Source: Promethearchaeati archaeon (GTDB lineage: Archaea; Asgardarchaeota; Heimdallarchaeia; Heimdallarchaeales; Heimdallarchaeaceae). Taken from it: 64,000 nt of DNA. The notes under the pieces were generated by a model. The model was not told the origin of the DNA, did not search any database, and worked only from the letters and a program-made list of their open reading frames with translations. The stretch's first letter is position 1. The number at the start of each line of letters is the position of its first letter. The stretch covers positions 67,993 to 131,992 of the forward strand of contig JABLTJ010000005.1 in assembly GCA_013166775.1 (NCBI GenBank). Reading direction: 5' to 3'. Positions 52,604 to 62,023 of this stretch are shown here, in pieces. A program made the translations under genes and the position numbers.

Positions 52604-54145
52604 ATGGGCGCTAAAACAGATACTTCAACAACAAAGTATGAAATACGAGCAACATTCGAAATCGAAGGAGTCGTTGAGAAACCTGATATTATTGGTGGTA
52701 TTTATGGCCAAACTGATGGACTTCTTAGTGAAAATCTAGATATTCGTGAGCTCCAAAAGACAGGTCGTATAGGAAGAATTAATGTAGAACTGAATAGTAG
52801 AAGGGGAAAAACAACTGGTAAAATAATTATCCCTTCGAGTCTTTCAAGGATGGAAACTGCAATTTTAGCAGCAACAGTTGAAACAGTAGATAGAGTTGGA
52901 CCATGTAGTTGTAAAGTTCAACTAGAAGAAATTATAGATGTTAGAATCAGTAAGAGACAGTCAATTGTTGACAGAGCTTCTGAAATAATCCGACAATGGG
53001 ATCAGAATGTTAGTCCATTCTCATCTTCAATAGCACTTGAAGTTGAGAAATCAGCAAAAACAAACCAAATCCTCAGTTTAGGAGAAGAGGGCTTTAGTGT
53101 AGGCCCTGGTTTTGAAAGACAAAAAAAAGTTATCTTAGTTGAAGGAAGAGCTGATGTAGTTAATCTTCTAAAATTTGGTGTAGATAACACAGTAGCAGTA
53201 AATGGTACTAGTATCCCACCAAAGCTACTCGATTTAATAAAGAAAAAAACTGTTACAGCTTTTCTTGATGGAGATAGAGGCGGAGATTTAATTCTCAAAG
53301 AATTACTTCAAATAGCTAAAATAGATTATGTAGCAAGAGCTCCAAAAGGAAAAGAGGTAGAAGATTTAAGTAAAGAAGAAGTAGAAAAAGCTCTAAAGGA
53401 AGTTGCCTCTCTGGAGAACGCTATTTTCCTAACAGGAAGTGATGAAGGAATCACAGTTAAGGATTTTCTTGGGGAAAGTAAACCCAAAAAGAAAGAAAAA
53501 TCTAGGTTATCAAAAGCAAAGAAAGTTCTGAAGAAGAAAGAATCTGAACCACAAGAAAAACCGACTAAAAAACTAATAGAAAAGAAAGTTGTGGAGAAAC
53601 TAGTAACCAGAACTGATCCTAAACCGGTTGTTCAATCGAAAAGCGAAACAGTTGGAAAACCTCCTGCTAGGACCTCTGATAGAAGACCACCTACTAGGAC
53701 TTCTGATAGAAGACCACCTACTAGGACTTCTGATAGAAGACCACCTACTAGGACTTCTGATAGAAGACCACCAACAAGATCTACGAGTACTTCAAGAAGA
53801 CCACCTTCTAGAGGGAGTTCTTATGATAGGCCGCCAAGAAGAGAAATTAGAAAAGTAGAATTACCAGACCATCTCACTAAGGTTATAAACGAAATCAAGA
53901 CAAAACTTGAAGTTGTAATCTTCGATGAAAACAATAAGGAGATTCTGAGAAGTTCAACTGCAAATATATATAAAGATTTGGAGAAGTTGGAAAAAGGAGT
54001 TACCCTTGTCATAGATGGTGTAATAACACAGCGATTATTAGAGCGGGTAAAGGCTAAAGGAATCAATCTAGTAATTGGTGCTAGAAAAGGTGAAATTACA
54101 AAAAAACCAATCGGAATTAAAATTGTAGAGTTCAAGCAAGTTTAA
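52604..54145 (+). CDS. dnaG: Archaeal DnaG-like protein (TOPRIM; exosome-associated)
   Basis: GVVEKPDIIG..GQT.GLL, ELQKTGRIGRI, VEGRADV, FLDGDRGG, DGVITQRL. Confidence 0.95.
   Translation: MGAKTDTSTTKYEIRATFEIEGVVEKPDIIGGIYGQTDGLLSENLDIRELQKTGRIGRINVELNSRRGKTTGKIIIPSSLSRMETAILAATVETVDRVGPCSCKVQLEEIIDVRISKRQSIVDRASEIIRQWDQNVSPFSSSIALEVEKSAKTNQILSLGEEGFSVGPGFERQKKVILVEGRADVVNLLKFGVDNTVAVNGTSIPPKLLDLIKKKTVTAFLDGDRGGDLILKELLQIAKIDYVARAPKGKEVEDLSKEEVEKALKEVASLENAIFLTGSDEGITVKDFLGESKPKKKEKSRLSKAKKVLKKKESEPQEKPTKKLIEKKVVEKLVTRTDPKPVVQSKSETVGKPPARTSDRRPPTRTSDRRPPTRTSDRRPPTRTSDRRPPTRSTSTSRRPPSRGSSYDRPPRREIRKVELPDHLTKVINEIKTKLEVVIFDENNKEILRSSTANIYKDLEKLEKGVTLVIDGVITQRLLERVKAKGINLVIGARKGEITKKPIGIKIVEFKQV
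53667..53774 (+). repeat. 27-bp in-frame tandem repeat x4 (RTSDRRPPT) inside dnaG
   Basis: Unit CTAGGACTTCTGATAGAAGACCACCTA, followed by degenerate copies. Confidence 0.95.
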
Positions 54146-54318
54146 TTCTTCCTTTTTTTTTCTTAATCAATTGCCAAAACTTTATGAGTTAACTAGAGAT
54201 TATCATCGAGAGATGATGCCCTTGGAATATCAATAACCTCCTGGTGGAGATTAATTAGGATAATTATAGCAAGGCAGAAATCTTTAATTTCTTTTAAACA
54301 ATTTTTAGGTGAAGCTCA

Positions 54319-55386
54319 ATGAATATAGAAGACAAGATGAAACTAGTCACAAAAAATACTGAAGAGATAATTCTAGAATCTGAAATAAAGAAAATATTGG
54401 AAGAAAAAGAAAAACCAAGAGCTTATATTGGTTTTGAATTATCTGGATTTTTGCATTTAGGAACAGGATTAATTTGTGGAAATAAGCTTAAAGATTTGGC
54501 AAATGCTGGATTTGAGACAATAATTTACCTAGCAGACTGGCATAGTTGGATTAATAACAAATTGGGAGCAGATATGGATAAAATACGTATTGCAGGTGAG
54601 TATTTTCAAGAGGGTTTTGAATCTGTAGGTCTTAAAGGTTCAAACATTAAATTCATTTGGGGAACTAGTTTAGCAGAAAACTTGGATTATTGGGAAAAAG
54701 TTGTCAAGGTAGCTAAATCCAATTCTCTAAATAGAATGCTTAGAACTCTCCCAATTATGGGGAGGAAAGCAGAAGGGGAAGTAGAATCAGCTTTTATTTA
54801 TTATCCTGCAATGCAAGTCGCGGATATATACCAAATGGAGCTGGATCTAGCTTGCGGAGGAATGGATCAGAGAAAAGCCCATATGCTAGCTAGGGATACT
54901 GCAGATAAATTGGGTATAAAGAAACCTGCAAGTCTTCATACACCTTTACTTACAGGATTGGAAGGTTACGGTAAAAAAATGGATGCTGAAGCTATACCTG
55001 ATTTGGCTGATCAGATAGATGCGAAGATGAGTAAATCTAAACCTGAAACATGTATTTTCATACATGATAGTGAAGAAGATATTTTAAGAAAAATAAAGAA
55101 AGCTCATTGTCCACCTAATCAAACTACAGGGAATCCAATAACTGAAATGATTCAATACATTGTTTTTGATATGAAAGACAATTTCAAGATTGAACGAGAT
55201 ACTAAATTTGGTGGGGACGTTGAATTTAATTCATACCAATCCTTTGAAGAAGAATATATTGGTGGAAAAATTCATCCCATGGATTTGAAAACAAGTTTAA
55301 CTAGAATCATAAGTGAAATACTGAAACCTCCAAGAGATTATTTTGACAAACATCACGATATTATCGAAGAAGTGGGAAAACTCTGA
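54319..55386 (+). CDS. tyrS: Tyrosyl-tRNA synthetase
   Basis: YIGFE.SG.LHLG, ADWHS, YP.MQ..D, GG.DQRK.H, KMSKS. Confidence 0.95.
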   Translation: MNIEDKMKLVTKNTEEIILESEIKKILEEKEKPRAYIGFELSGFLHLGTGLICGNKLKDLANAGFETIIYLADWHSWINNKLGADMDKIRIAGEYFQEGFESVGLKGSNIKFIWGTSLAENLDYWEKVVKVAKSNSLNRMLRTLPIMGRKAEGEVESAFIYYPAMQVADIYQMELDLACGGMDQRKAHMLARDTADKLGIKKPASLHTPLLTGLEGYGKKMDAEAIPDLADQIDAKMSKSKPETCIFIHDSEEDILRKIKKAHCPPNQTTGNPITEMIQYIVFDMKDNFKIERDTKFGGDVEFNSYQSFEEEYIGGKIHPMDLKTSLTRIISEILKPPRDYFDKHHDIIEEVGKL

Positions 55387-55519
55387 AATTCCCTCTTTAA
55401 CTCTTTTTTAATGATTCAAGTGAAAGACAAAAAAGTTCAAGATAATAAAGAACCATATTATCTTGCCTTTTATCGAGGACCTTCTCGAGTATGCGTAAGC
55501 AATCAATGAATGAAGGAGC

Positions 55520-55690
55520 AAAAAAAAGGCAAAAGGCTACCATACGGGCTCATATGGAGTAGAGTGTGTCACTCTAAACTGTGAAGTATAGTCAACCCTG
55601 GTAGTCAACATGTGCTCCTGAGGAGCTCAACTGGTAGATGTGGGATATTCCCTTAAAATGACACCAAGCGTTAACCTCAGGGGTACTATC
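55520..55690 (-). ncRNA. Candidate structured ncRNA, family unknown
   Basis: GC-enriched intergenic stretch with several stems containing G-U pairs on the minus strand, ending in an oligo-U tract. Confidence 0.45.
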
Positions 55691-55751
55691 TTTTATTTCT
55701 TAACTAACAAACAGAAAAAATAAATACTTACTAACCCTTGAAAATTTAAAC

Positions 55752-55826
55752 GGGCGAGTGGTTTAGTGGTATAACGTTTCCCTCACACGGAAAAGATCGC
55801 AGTTTCGATTACTGCCTCGCCCACCA
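55752..55826 (+). tRNA. tRNA-Val (CAC), CCA encoded
   Basis: Acceptor GGGCGAG/CTCGCCC, anticodon arm TTTCC-CTCACAC-GGAAA, T arm GCAGT-TTCGATT-ACTGC. Confidence 0.96.
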
Positions 55827-55840
55827 ACTCCTCAGATTAT

Positions 55841-56833
55841 GTGTGGAAAATGACGATTAATTCCGATAATCCCTCCAAATTAACTTTTGTAGATTTATTT
55901 TCAGGTGCAGGGGGTTTCAGTCTAGGTTTTGTTCAGGAAGGTTTCAAAGATTTAATGGCAATTGAAATAGATAAAGAACCTGCAGAAACATATAGTTGGA
56001 ACTTTCCCCAATCTACTGTTATACTTGAGGATATTAGGAAGTTACACTCCTTAGAAATATTAGATACAATAAAAGAATCACCCGATGTTCTTATTGCATC
56101 TCCTCCATGTGAACCATTTTCTGCAGCAAATCCAAATAGATTGGATTCAGCATGGTCAAGATTTTATGAAGATGCCCAAGGAGACTTAATATTTCATGCG
56201 ATAAGACTGATAGGAGATCTTGCTCCAAAAATCTTCGTTATTGAGAATGTTGTACCAATGATTAATCAAGAAGGTAAAGATATTTTGAAAGCTGAATTTC
56301 AAAAAGTAGGGTACGAAACAATATTCTTCAATGTAATAGATGCGGAAAATCACGGATGCCCAAGCATAAGAAAAAGAGTTTTCATTTCAAACATTCATAT
56401 TTCTCTTCCAAAAAAGAAATCTTTGACCGTTGCAGACGCACTGAAGGATTTACCTTCTCCATCGGAACCTAACGATATACCTAATCATACTTTTACTCAT
56501 TTTCCGCAACAAGTTTCTAAGAAAGCTTACAAGATAAGACCAGGGATTGCAGCTGTTTTTTTTAGAGGAGCGAAATTAGAACATAAAAACTGGATAAAAT
56601 TAAACGCCAATGAAAAAGCTCCTACTGTAATGGGAAAATCAAAATTTATTCACCCTACTGAAATAAGAGCTTTAACACCAAGAGAACAAGCAAGATTGAT
56701 GACCTATCCAGATGATTTTGAATTCAGAGGACCACATTCTTCAACATTTAACCAAATTGGAGAATCTGTGCCACCAGTGATTTCTCGTCTAATTGCACAA
56801 AAAATAAAAGAAAAAATAATTAGAAAGAAGTAA
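55841..56833 (+). CDS. C5-cytosine methyltransferase (Dcm/Dnmt2 fold), orphan
   Basis: Motif I DLFSGAGG, IV SPPCEPFS, VI ENV, VIII RKRVF, IX RE.ARL, X QIGESVPP. Confidence 0.9.
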   Translation: MWKMTINSDNPSKLTFVDLFSGAGGFSLGFVQEGFKDLMAIEIDKEPAETYSWNFPQSTVILEDIRKLHSLEILDTIKESPDVLIASPPCEPFSAANPNRLDSAWSRFYEDAQGDLIFHAIRLIGDLAPKIFVIENVVPMINQEGKDILKAEFQKVGYETIFFNVIDAENHGCPSIRKRVFISNIHISLPKKKSLTVADALKDLPSPSEPNDIPNHTFTHFPQQVSKKAYKIRPGIAAVFFRGAKLEHKNWIKLNANEKAPTVMGKSKFIHPTEIRALTPREQARLMTYPDDFEFRGPHSSTFNQIGESVPPVISRLIAQKIKEKIIRKK

Positions 56834-57494
56834 AAAGCTCACGAAATCTGGAAAACATTATTCCTAGTGGTACTTCAACAAATCGATCAAAGTACTGCTT
56901 TGCTTTTTTAACAGAGAATAAATCCTTACTCGATTTTAAGCTTCCATCTTCTTTTACTGTTAGAATCTCGTTTTTTGATAACCAAACAAGCTTTTTCTCT
57001 CCTCTCCTTCCAATAATTTCTGAAGGTTTCAGAAAGAAAGTAGCGCTTTTGTTTATCAGCCAGAGATGTTTAGATTTATTAGTGGTAATTAAGATACCCT
57101 CTTCTTTCATTCCTGGAAAATGTTTATCATATTTGAAATGAACTTTAAAATCCTGGATTTGATTTTCGTAGATCTCAATATTATCCAATGGACGTATTTC
57201 TTTGACATGATCGAAGGTTATGAAGGGGAGTTTTGCAGGTAAGAAAAGAGTAGAGGAGTAAGTTTCTTCAATAATCTCTCCAACTGCTCCTTCCTTAGAA
57301 TGAACAAGTAAATCTCCTATTACGCCGACGGGTCCATCTAGAAGAAAACCAATCTGGATGTCTCTTCTATCATCAAATACGGGTAATAGGATAGCGTTTT
57401 TAGAGAATGAGAGTTTGACTTGTTTGTTGTCTAAAGTGTATTCAAAACTGTGGGTGATCTTCAAAGGTCTGTTCTCAATACTTAGTCTCATCAA
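56820..57494 (-). CDS. Hypothetical protein
   Basis: 224-aa ORF directly downstream of the ArsR-like gene. Confidence 0.65.
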   Translation of the reverse strand: MMRLSIENRPLKITHSFEYTLDNKQVKLSFSKNAILLPVFDDRRDIQIGFLLDGPVGVIGDLLVHSKEGAVGEIIEETYSSTLFLPAKLPFITFDHVKEIRPLDNIEIYENQIQDFKVHFKYDKHFPGMKEEGILITTNKSKHLWLINKSATFFLKPSEIIGRRGEKKLVWLSKNEILTVKEDGSLKSSKDLFSVKKAKQYFDRFVEVPLGIMFSRFRELFTSF

Positions 57495-57510
57495 AGTTAC
57501 ACCAAACCCT

Positions 57511-58929
57511 CTAATCCTCTATATCGATGTTAATCGATTCTTCCTCTTCTTCATTTTCTAGCTTTTTCTTACGAAGGTATATCATTTCACCTAGCTTAAG
57601 TGCTTCAATACCTAGTTGTGTAATAAGGTATCTTCCTCTAACAGCTTCTCTTGTAATAAAATCAGCTTCTTGTAAGATATCTGTGTGATGTTTGAAAGAA
57701 CCACCTTTCAATTCAGTAATTTCAGCAAGCTCTTTCTGATATTGAGGAGATTCTTCTAAAATCTTGAGAATCTTAATCCTGTGCTGATCACCAAGAGCGG
57801 AAAGCAACAAAGCAGTTTTGTCATAAAAATTGCCTGCTTTCTTAATAGCATGATTATCCCCATTACGCGTGTCAATAACTATTGTTGTATCGTCATCATC
57901 TTGAGTAGATTTACTTTTTATGACGTGTTTGAACGGTTTTTTACCATCTGGAAAAACAGTTCGAAAAGTAGTTTCCATGCTTTTACCTACTGAATCCATT
58001 ACTCTTGAGATATAATCAGTAACAGTACCATCAACATCGACATCTGCAGTATGAACTACACGAGGACCTTTGGTTCCTGCTTGTGCATGGTGAATCTTGG
58101 CAGCTCTTCTTTGCAGCCTAGCAAACTCACGTCTGGCTTGAGCTAATTCAGAACGTATAGAACGAGTGTTTTCTTCAGCATCATTTAAATCTTCAATAGC
58201 ATCACGAAGACTCTCTTCAGCATCAAGTTTTTCTTCAGTATCTTCACGCTGACGAGCTCTCTCAATGCGTCTCTGAGAAGCTCTAACCTCTTGTTTAGCT
58301 TGAGCTAAACCACGACGAGCCTGATCCATAGCGCGTTGATATTCGTCAATCTCTCGACGAGCTTCATCTATTTCAGAATTGATCTCACCCAATTCTTCTT
58401 TAGTAATTTTAACAGCTTTCTTGATTCTGCTAGTCTCTCTTTCTAAGAATTTACCAAGTTTCTTCTCAAGCTCAACAGAAATTTTTTCACCAATTTTCTT
58501 ACCCTCTTCAGCAGCTTTTTCGACTTTCTTCTCGAGATCTTTCATTTTTTTCTTAAATTCATCAGAACGGAAGAATTCAAAACTAAATTCAGTCGGTTTA
58601 ACGGTTTTAACTGGTCGTGGGGGTCTCGCATGTTTTAAAGGTTTAACAGGTTTAACTGGTTTAACTGGCCTTGCTGGTCTTACTGGCTCTTTATGAACTC
58701 TATGTTTGTTTTCATTAACTTCGTATAGATCTCGAGCAAGGATCTCTTCAGCAGTTTTCTTCGCTTCGGATAGTTCTCTTTCGGATGGTTCTCTTTCGTG
58801 TCTCTCTCTGCTCTCCTCGGAAGATCCTACTTTGTTGTAGACTTCTTCTAATAAGCGAGACATCTTTTTGTTACTCTTTTTTAGCTCTTCGAGCTCTTCT
58901 TTTAAATCATCTATTTCATCTTTTGACAT
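57511..58929 (-). CDS. Coiled-coil protein with C-terminal ArsR-type winged HTH
   Basis: Pro-Val-Lys repeats, long heptad region, LSALGDQHRIKIL...HH...L...GRY.IT..G. Confidence 0.8.
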   Translation of the reverse strand: MSKDEIDDLKEELEELKKSNKKMSRLLEEVYNKVGSSEESRERHEREPSERELSEAKKTAEEILARDLYEVNENKHRVHKEPVRPARPVKPVKPVKPLKHARPPRPVKTVKPTEFSFEFFRSDEFKKKMKDLEKKVEKAAEEGKKIGEKISVELEKKLGKFLERETSRIKKAVKITKEELGEINSEIDEARREIDEYQRAMDQARRGLAQAKQEVRASQRRIERARQREDTEEKLDAEESLRDAIEDLNDAEENTRSIRSELAQARREFARLQRRAAKIHHAQAGTKGPRVVHTADVDVDGTVTDYISRVMDSVGKSMETTFRTVFPDGKKPFKHVIKSKSTQDDDDTTIVIDTRNGDNHAIKKAGNFYDKTALLLSALGDQHRIKILKILEESPQYQKELAEITELKGGSFKHHTDILQEADFITREAVRGRYLITQLGIEALKLGEMIYLRKKKLENEEEEESINIDIED

Positions 58930-58943
58930 TTATTTCACCTAAA

Positions 58944-59260
58944 TTAATGATCGTGATCTCCCTCCCGGAAATCAAAGCTGGAGGTAAATATTTCGTTTAA
59001 ATCTTCGCGGATATCTTTAAACATGTCATGTAAATCCTCTAGCATATCTTTCAAAGATTCTTTTAAATCACGCATACTTTCTTTGAACTCATCGTCAATT
59101 TGTTCGCATTTACCTCTTCTATTCAACTAAATCACCAAACTACTACATAGCCGTCATGCTTCTTCTTCATGACTTTACGGGCTTTCTGTAACTGGCCTAA
59201 TTCAGTTTTAAGCCTACGAATTTCTTCATCCAAATTTTTAATGGTTTCATCATGTTTCAT
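58944..59260 (-). other. Two short out-of-frame coiled-coil ORFs (59132..59260 and 58944..59126), possibly one broken gene
   Basis: MKHDETIKNLDEEIRRLKTEL... then, in another frame, ...DDEFKESMRDLKESLKDMLEDL... Confidence 0.4.
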
Positions 59261-59454
59261 GCCTATCACTTCTGGTTGGTTACATTATTTTCAATTTTTT
59301 TCAGAAAAAATTACAATTTTCCTACAAAATGTAACTTTTCTGTAAGTTATCTTTTGTCACTATATTATTTAAACTTTTCCAATTCACAGTTAAAGAAAAT
59401 TGTAAATTATTTAAAGGCTCTGAAGTGGCTGAAAAAAAAGGTTTGGATTCTTGC

Positions 59455-60270
59455 TTATAGTTTCCCTTCCTCTTTAAGATACGATTCTATCCTCTTCATA
59501 TATTCTTTAGATAACTTAATTCCTCTTCTTCTCGCTCTCTCGTCTAACTTCAATCCCTCTGCTTCTAGTTCTTCCTCACTTAACCTAAATGCATCTATCA
59601 AATTCATCCATGCACTTACAACTCTTTCTGTTCTCCAACTTATTTCAAAATCCCTTTTATACAGTCCTTTCTTTACCCCGTTTATAATCTCTATTCCCTC
59701 ATCTAATGTCCACTCATAATATCTTTTTCTCATTCTCTCTAATTCTTCCAAACAAATTTGTTTCACATACTTGCTTCTTGTTCTCTGCAAAACCATTAGA
59801 TTAGTCTTATAATCGTATTCTCCAACAAATTCAATTAGTACTCTTTCCGTTTTTTTTTTGCATTTTTTAAGGCAATTACTTATAGCACTTGTAAAACTCT
59901 CAACCCCATATTTATGTTCCCATTGATTGATTATTATCCCTAATTTAGTGATTAACTCTTTTACTGTTCCATCTTTGAATTTCTTCTCTCTTTCTAACTC
60001 CTTCACAAAAACCTTTATCCCTTCTTCAAGCTTCTTAAAGTGCTCATCCAGATAGTTTGATAATCTATCGCCTATATTTTGTGGAGATTCTAATTCTTTG
60101 AATACTCTATCCAGAAGAAAGAGTAGTGAAATTATCTCTTCTGGTTCTTCTATTTTCGTTATCTTATCTATGTTTTCTTCTTTTAATTCAAAATCTGTTT
60201 CATAAAACCTTATTTGTTCAATTATAGAACTCTTCTTCTGCTTTAGTTTTTTTTTCTTCAAATTAGACAC
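59455..60270 (-). CDS. Hypothetical helical (HEAT-like) protein
   Basis: Shares I.IING.K..L...D.EI.W....VS.W with the adjacent gene. Confidence 0.7.
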   Translation of the reverse strand: MSNLKKKKLKQKKSSIIEQIRFYETDFELKEENIDKITKIEEPEEIISLLFLLDRVFKELESPQNIGDRLSNYLDEHFKKLEEGIKVFVKELEREKKFKDGTVKELITKLGIIINQWEHKYGVESFTSAISNCLKKCKKKTERVLIEFVGEYDYKTNLMVLQRTRSKYVKQICLEELERMRKRYYEWTLDEGIEIINGVKKGLYKRDFEISWRTERVVSAWMNLIDAFRLSEEELEAEGLKLDERARRRGIKLSKEYMKRIESYLKEEGKL

Positions 60271-60322
60271 TTCTTTCTTTTTGGATAGATGATAATGATA
60301 CTAGTTTTTACTTCTTTTTCTA

Positions 60323-61645
60323 TCAAAAGTTTTCAGTTTTTTCTCCAACTTCTAATTCCTTCTTTTTTTCTAATAAAATCTCGACTTCTTCTAGTTTTTT
60401 AATAATATGTTTGTCTTCAAGTACAATTAAATCTTTCATGAGTATCTTTCTTGCTATTTCTTGTTCTGTATCTCTTTCTTCTTTGTTTTTTCTTATTGAT
60501 TCTTTTTGTTTTTCTAACAATTCCTTAGTTTCCTTTATTTCATCAAATTCTTCTAATTCCTTCTTTGTTTCAATTGAAACTTCTATTTCTTCTAGATTCT
60601 CCAAAATATCTTCAATCAGGTATCTTTCTGAATGTTTGATAGTTTCTTCTACACTAAACTTACCCTTTGATTCTTCCTCTGTAATTATGCCTTTTTCAAT
60701 TAATTCTCTAGCTCTCTCCCTAATCTTTACTGGTTCTCTCTCAAGTTCTTCTAAAGCTATTTTTCTATATTCTTTCGATGCTTTTTTTTCTTTGAATTCG
60801 CCAATCATCTTCTTCTCTTTAATTGTCCCCTCTCTTTCAAAATACTCTATCACTCCTTTCGAGAACTCATACCCAATTTCTAATATTCTTCTCTCTATTT
60901 CTTCTCTCCCTTCCAATCCCATTTCCTCTAGTTTTTCTTCTCTTATCTTATATAACTTCAATCCTTCTAACCATGTTGATACTGTCTTTGACGCTTCCCA
61001 CCTTATCTCCTCATCACTATTCTCCAATTCTCCCTTTATCCCATTTATTATTCTTATATTCACTTCTGGATCCAATATATCATTTCCTTTTCCTATTCTT
61101 CTAATGTTTCCCAATGCTTTCAGTTTCACATACCTATTCTCTGATTTTTCTATTGCTTTTAAAAATGGTTCATATTCTAAAAAGTGTATTATTTTCTTTA
61201 TTAAATCAATAGAAATGATTGCTAGAAGTTCATCATTACTCTTCTCCATTGCGTTTAATAAAACATCTACTAGCCACTCATTCCCGCTTTTTGAATACAA
61301 ACTCAATCCATATGATATATCCTCAAGCAGCTGTTTTGCACTACCATCTCCAAACTTACCAGCGGATAACAGCTCGTCAATAAACTGTTCCAAGCTCTTA
61401 CTAACTCCTTTCTGTTTATCAATAGTTTGTCTAGTTAGATACTCAATTTTACCTGAATGATTTTCTGCACCTATTCTATTTAAAAGATAAAGAAGCGGAG
61501 TGACTTTTATAGACAATTCTAGATTGCTTAGTAGAATTATATTTTCTTCTGATATTTCGAATTGAGTTCTAAAAAATTCAATCAAATCTGTATTAGATAA
61601 ATTTTCAATGTTTCTAATTAGTTTCTTCTTGTGCAATCCCATCAC
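60323..61645 (-). CDS. Hypothetical HEAT-like repeat / Glu-Lys-rich protein
   Basis: ENRYVKLKALGNI and DEEIRWEASKTV HEAT-like segments. Confidence 0.7.
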   Translation of the reverse strand: MMGLHKKKLIRNIENLSNTDLIEFFRTQFEISEENIILLSNLELSIKVTPLLYLLNRIGAENHSGKIEYLTRQTIDKQKGVSKSLEQFIDELLSAGKFGDGSAKQLLEDISYGLSLYSKSGNEWLVDVLLNAMEKSNDELLAIISIDLIKKIIHFLEYEPFLKAIEKSENRYVKLKALGNIRRIGKGNDILDPEVNIRIINGIKGELENSDEEIRWEASKTVSTWLEGLKLYKIREEKLEEMGLEGREEIERRILEIGYEFSKGVIEYFEREGTIKEKKMIGEFKEKKASKEYRKIALEELEREPVKIRERARELIEKGIITEEESKGKFSVEETIKHSERYLIEDILENLEEIEVSIETKKELEEFDEIKETKELLEKQKESIRKNKEERDTEQEIARKILMKDLIVLEDKHIIKKLEEVEILLEKKKELEVGEKTENF

Positions 61646-62023
61646 TCAAATTATCTAGTAATTATACTCTGAAGTACATTTAAGAGTTGTGAAGCAAAAA
61701 TGAAGTAGCTAGATGAAAGTAATTTTGAAATCTAAATCCTTAATAGTATTTAATTATTTCCTTAAGCCGAAAAAGGAGAAATTTGATGAACTTCGTAATG
61801 GAATGGGGAGAGATAGCATGACCAAGGACAACTAGCTGAATATCTTGCTGGAACTTGGGGATCATATACTTGTTTAAAATGTGGGTATAACTTTGATTAT
61901 GAAGAATAGCCACTTTGCTTGAATACTCAAGTTCTTAGATTTTTTAATTCCTCCCATTTCACTGTTTTGATGATTTATATAGATTTCAAAAAAGTAATAA
62001 AATATTCAGAGATACTTTTCTTT

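Noticed and set aside
53628-53858. 76-aa ORF with LLIEDHLLG repeats; also considered as a CRISPR array
   Set aside because: Alternate frame of the dnaG 27-bp tandem repeat; no unique spacers and no cas genes
55630-55670. Cobalamin riboswitch or HEARO/omega-RNA identity for the structured intergenic RNA
   Set aside because: Only GGUG...AAGGGAA and GUUGAC fragments match; the remaining core motifs and any linked IscB/TnpB or B12 gene are absent
60411-61460. 349-aa plus-strand ORF
   Set aside because: Ser/Phe/Leu/Ile-rich antisense shadow of the purine-rich gene 60323..61645
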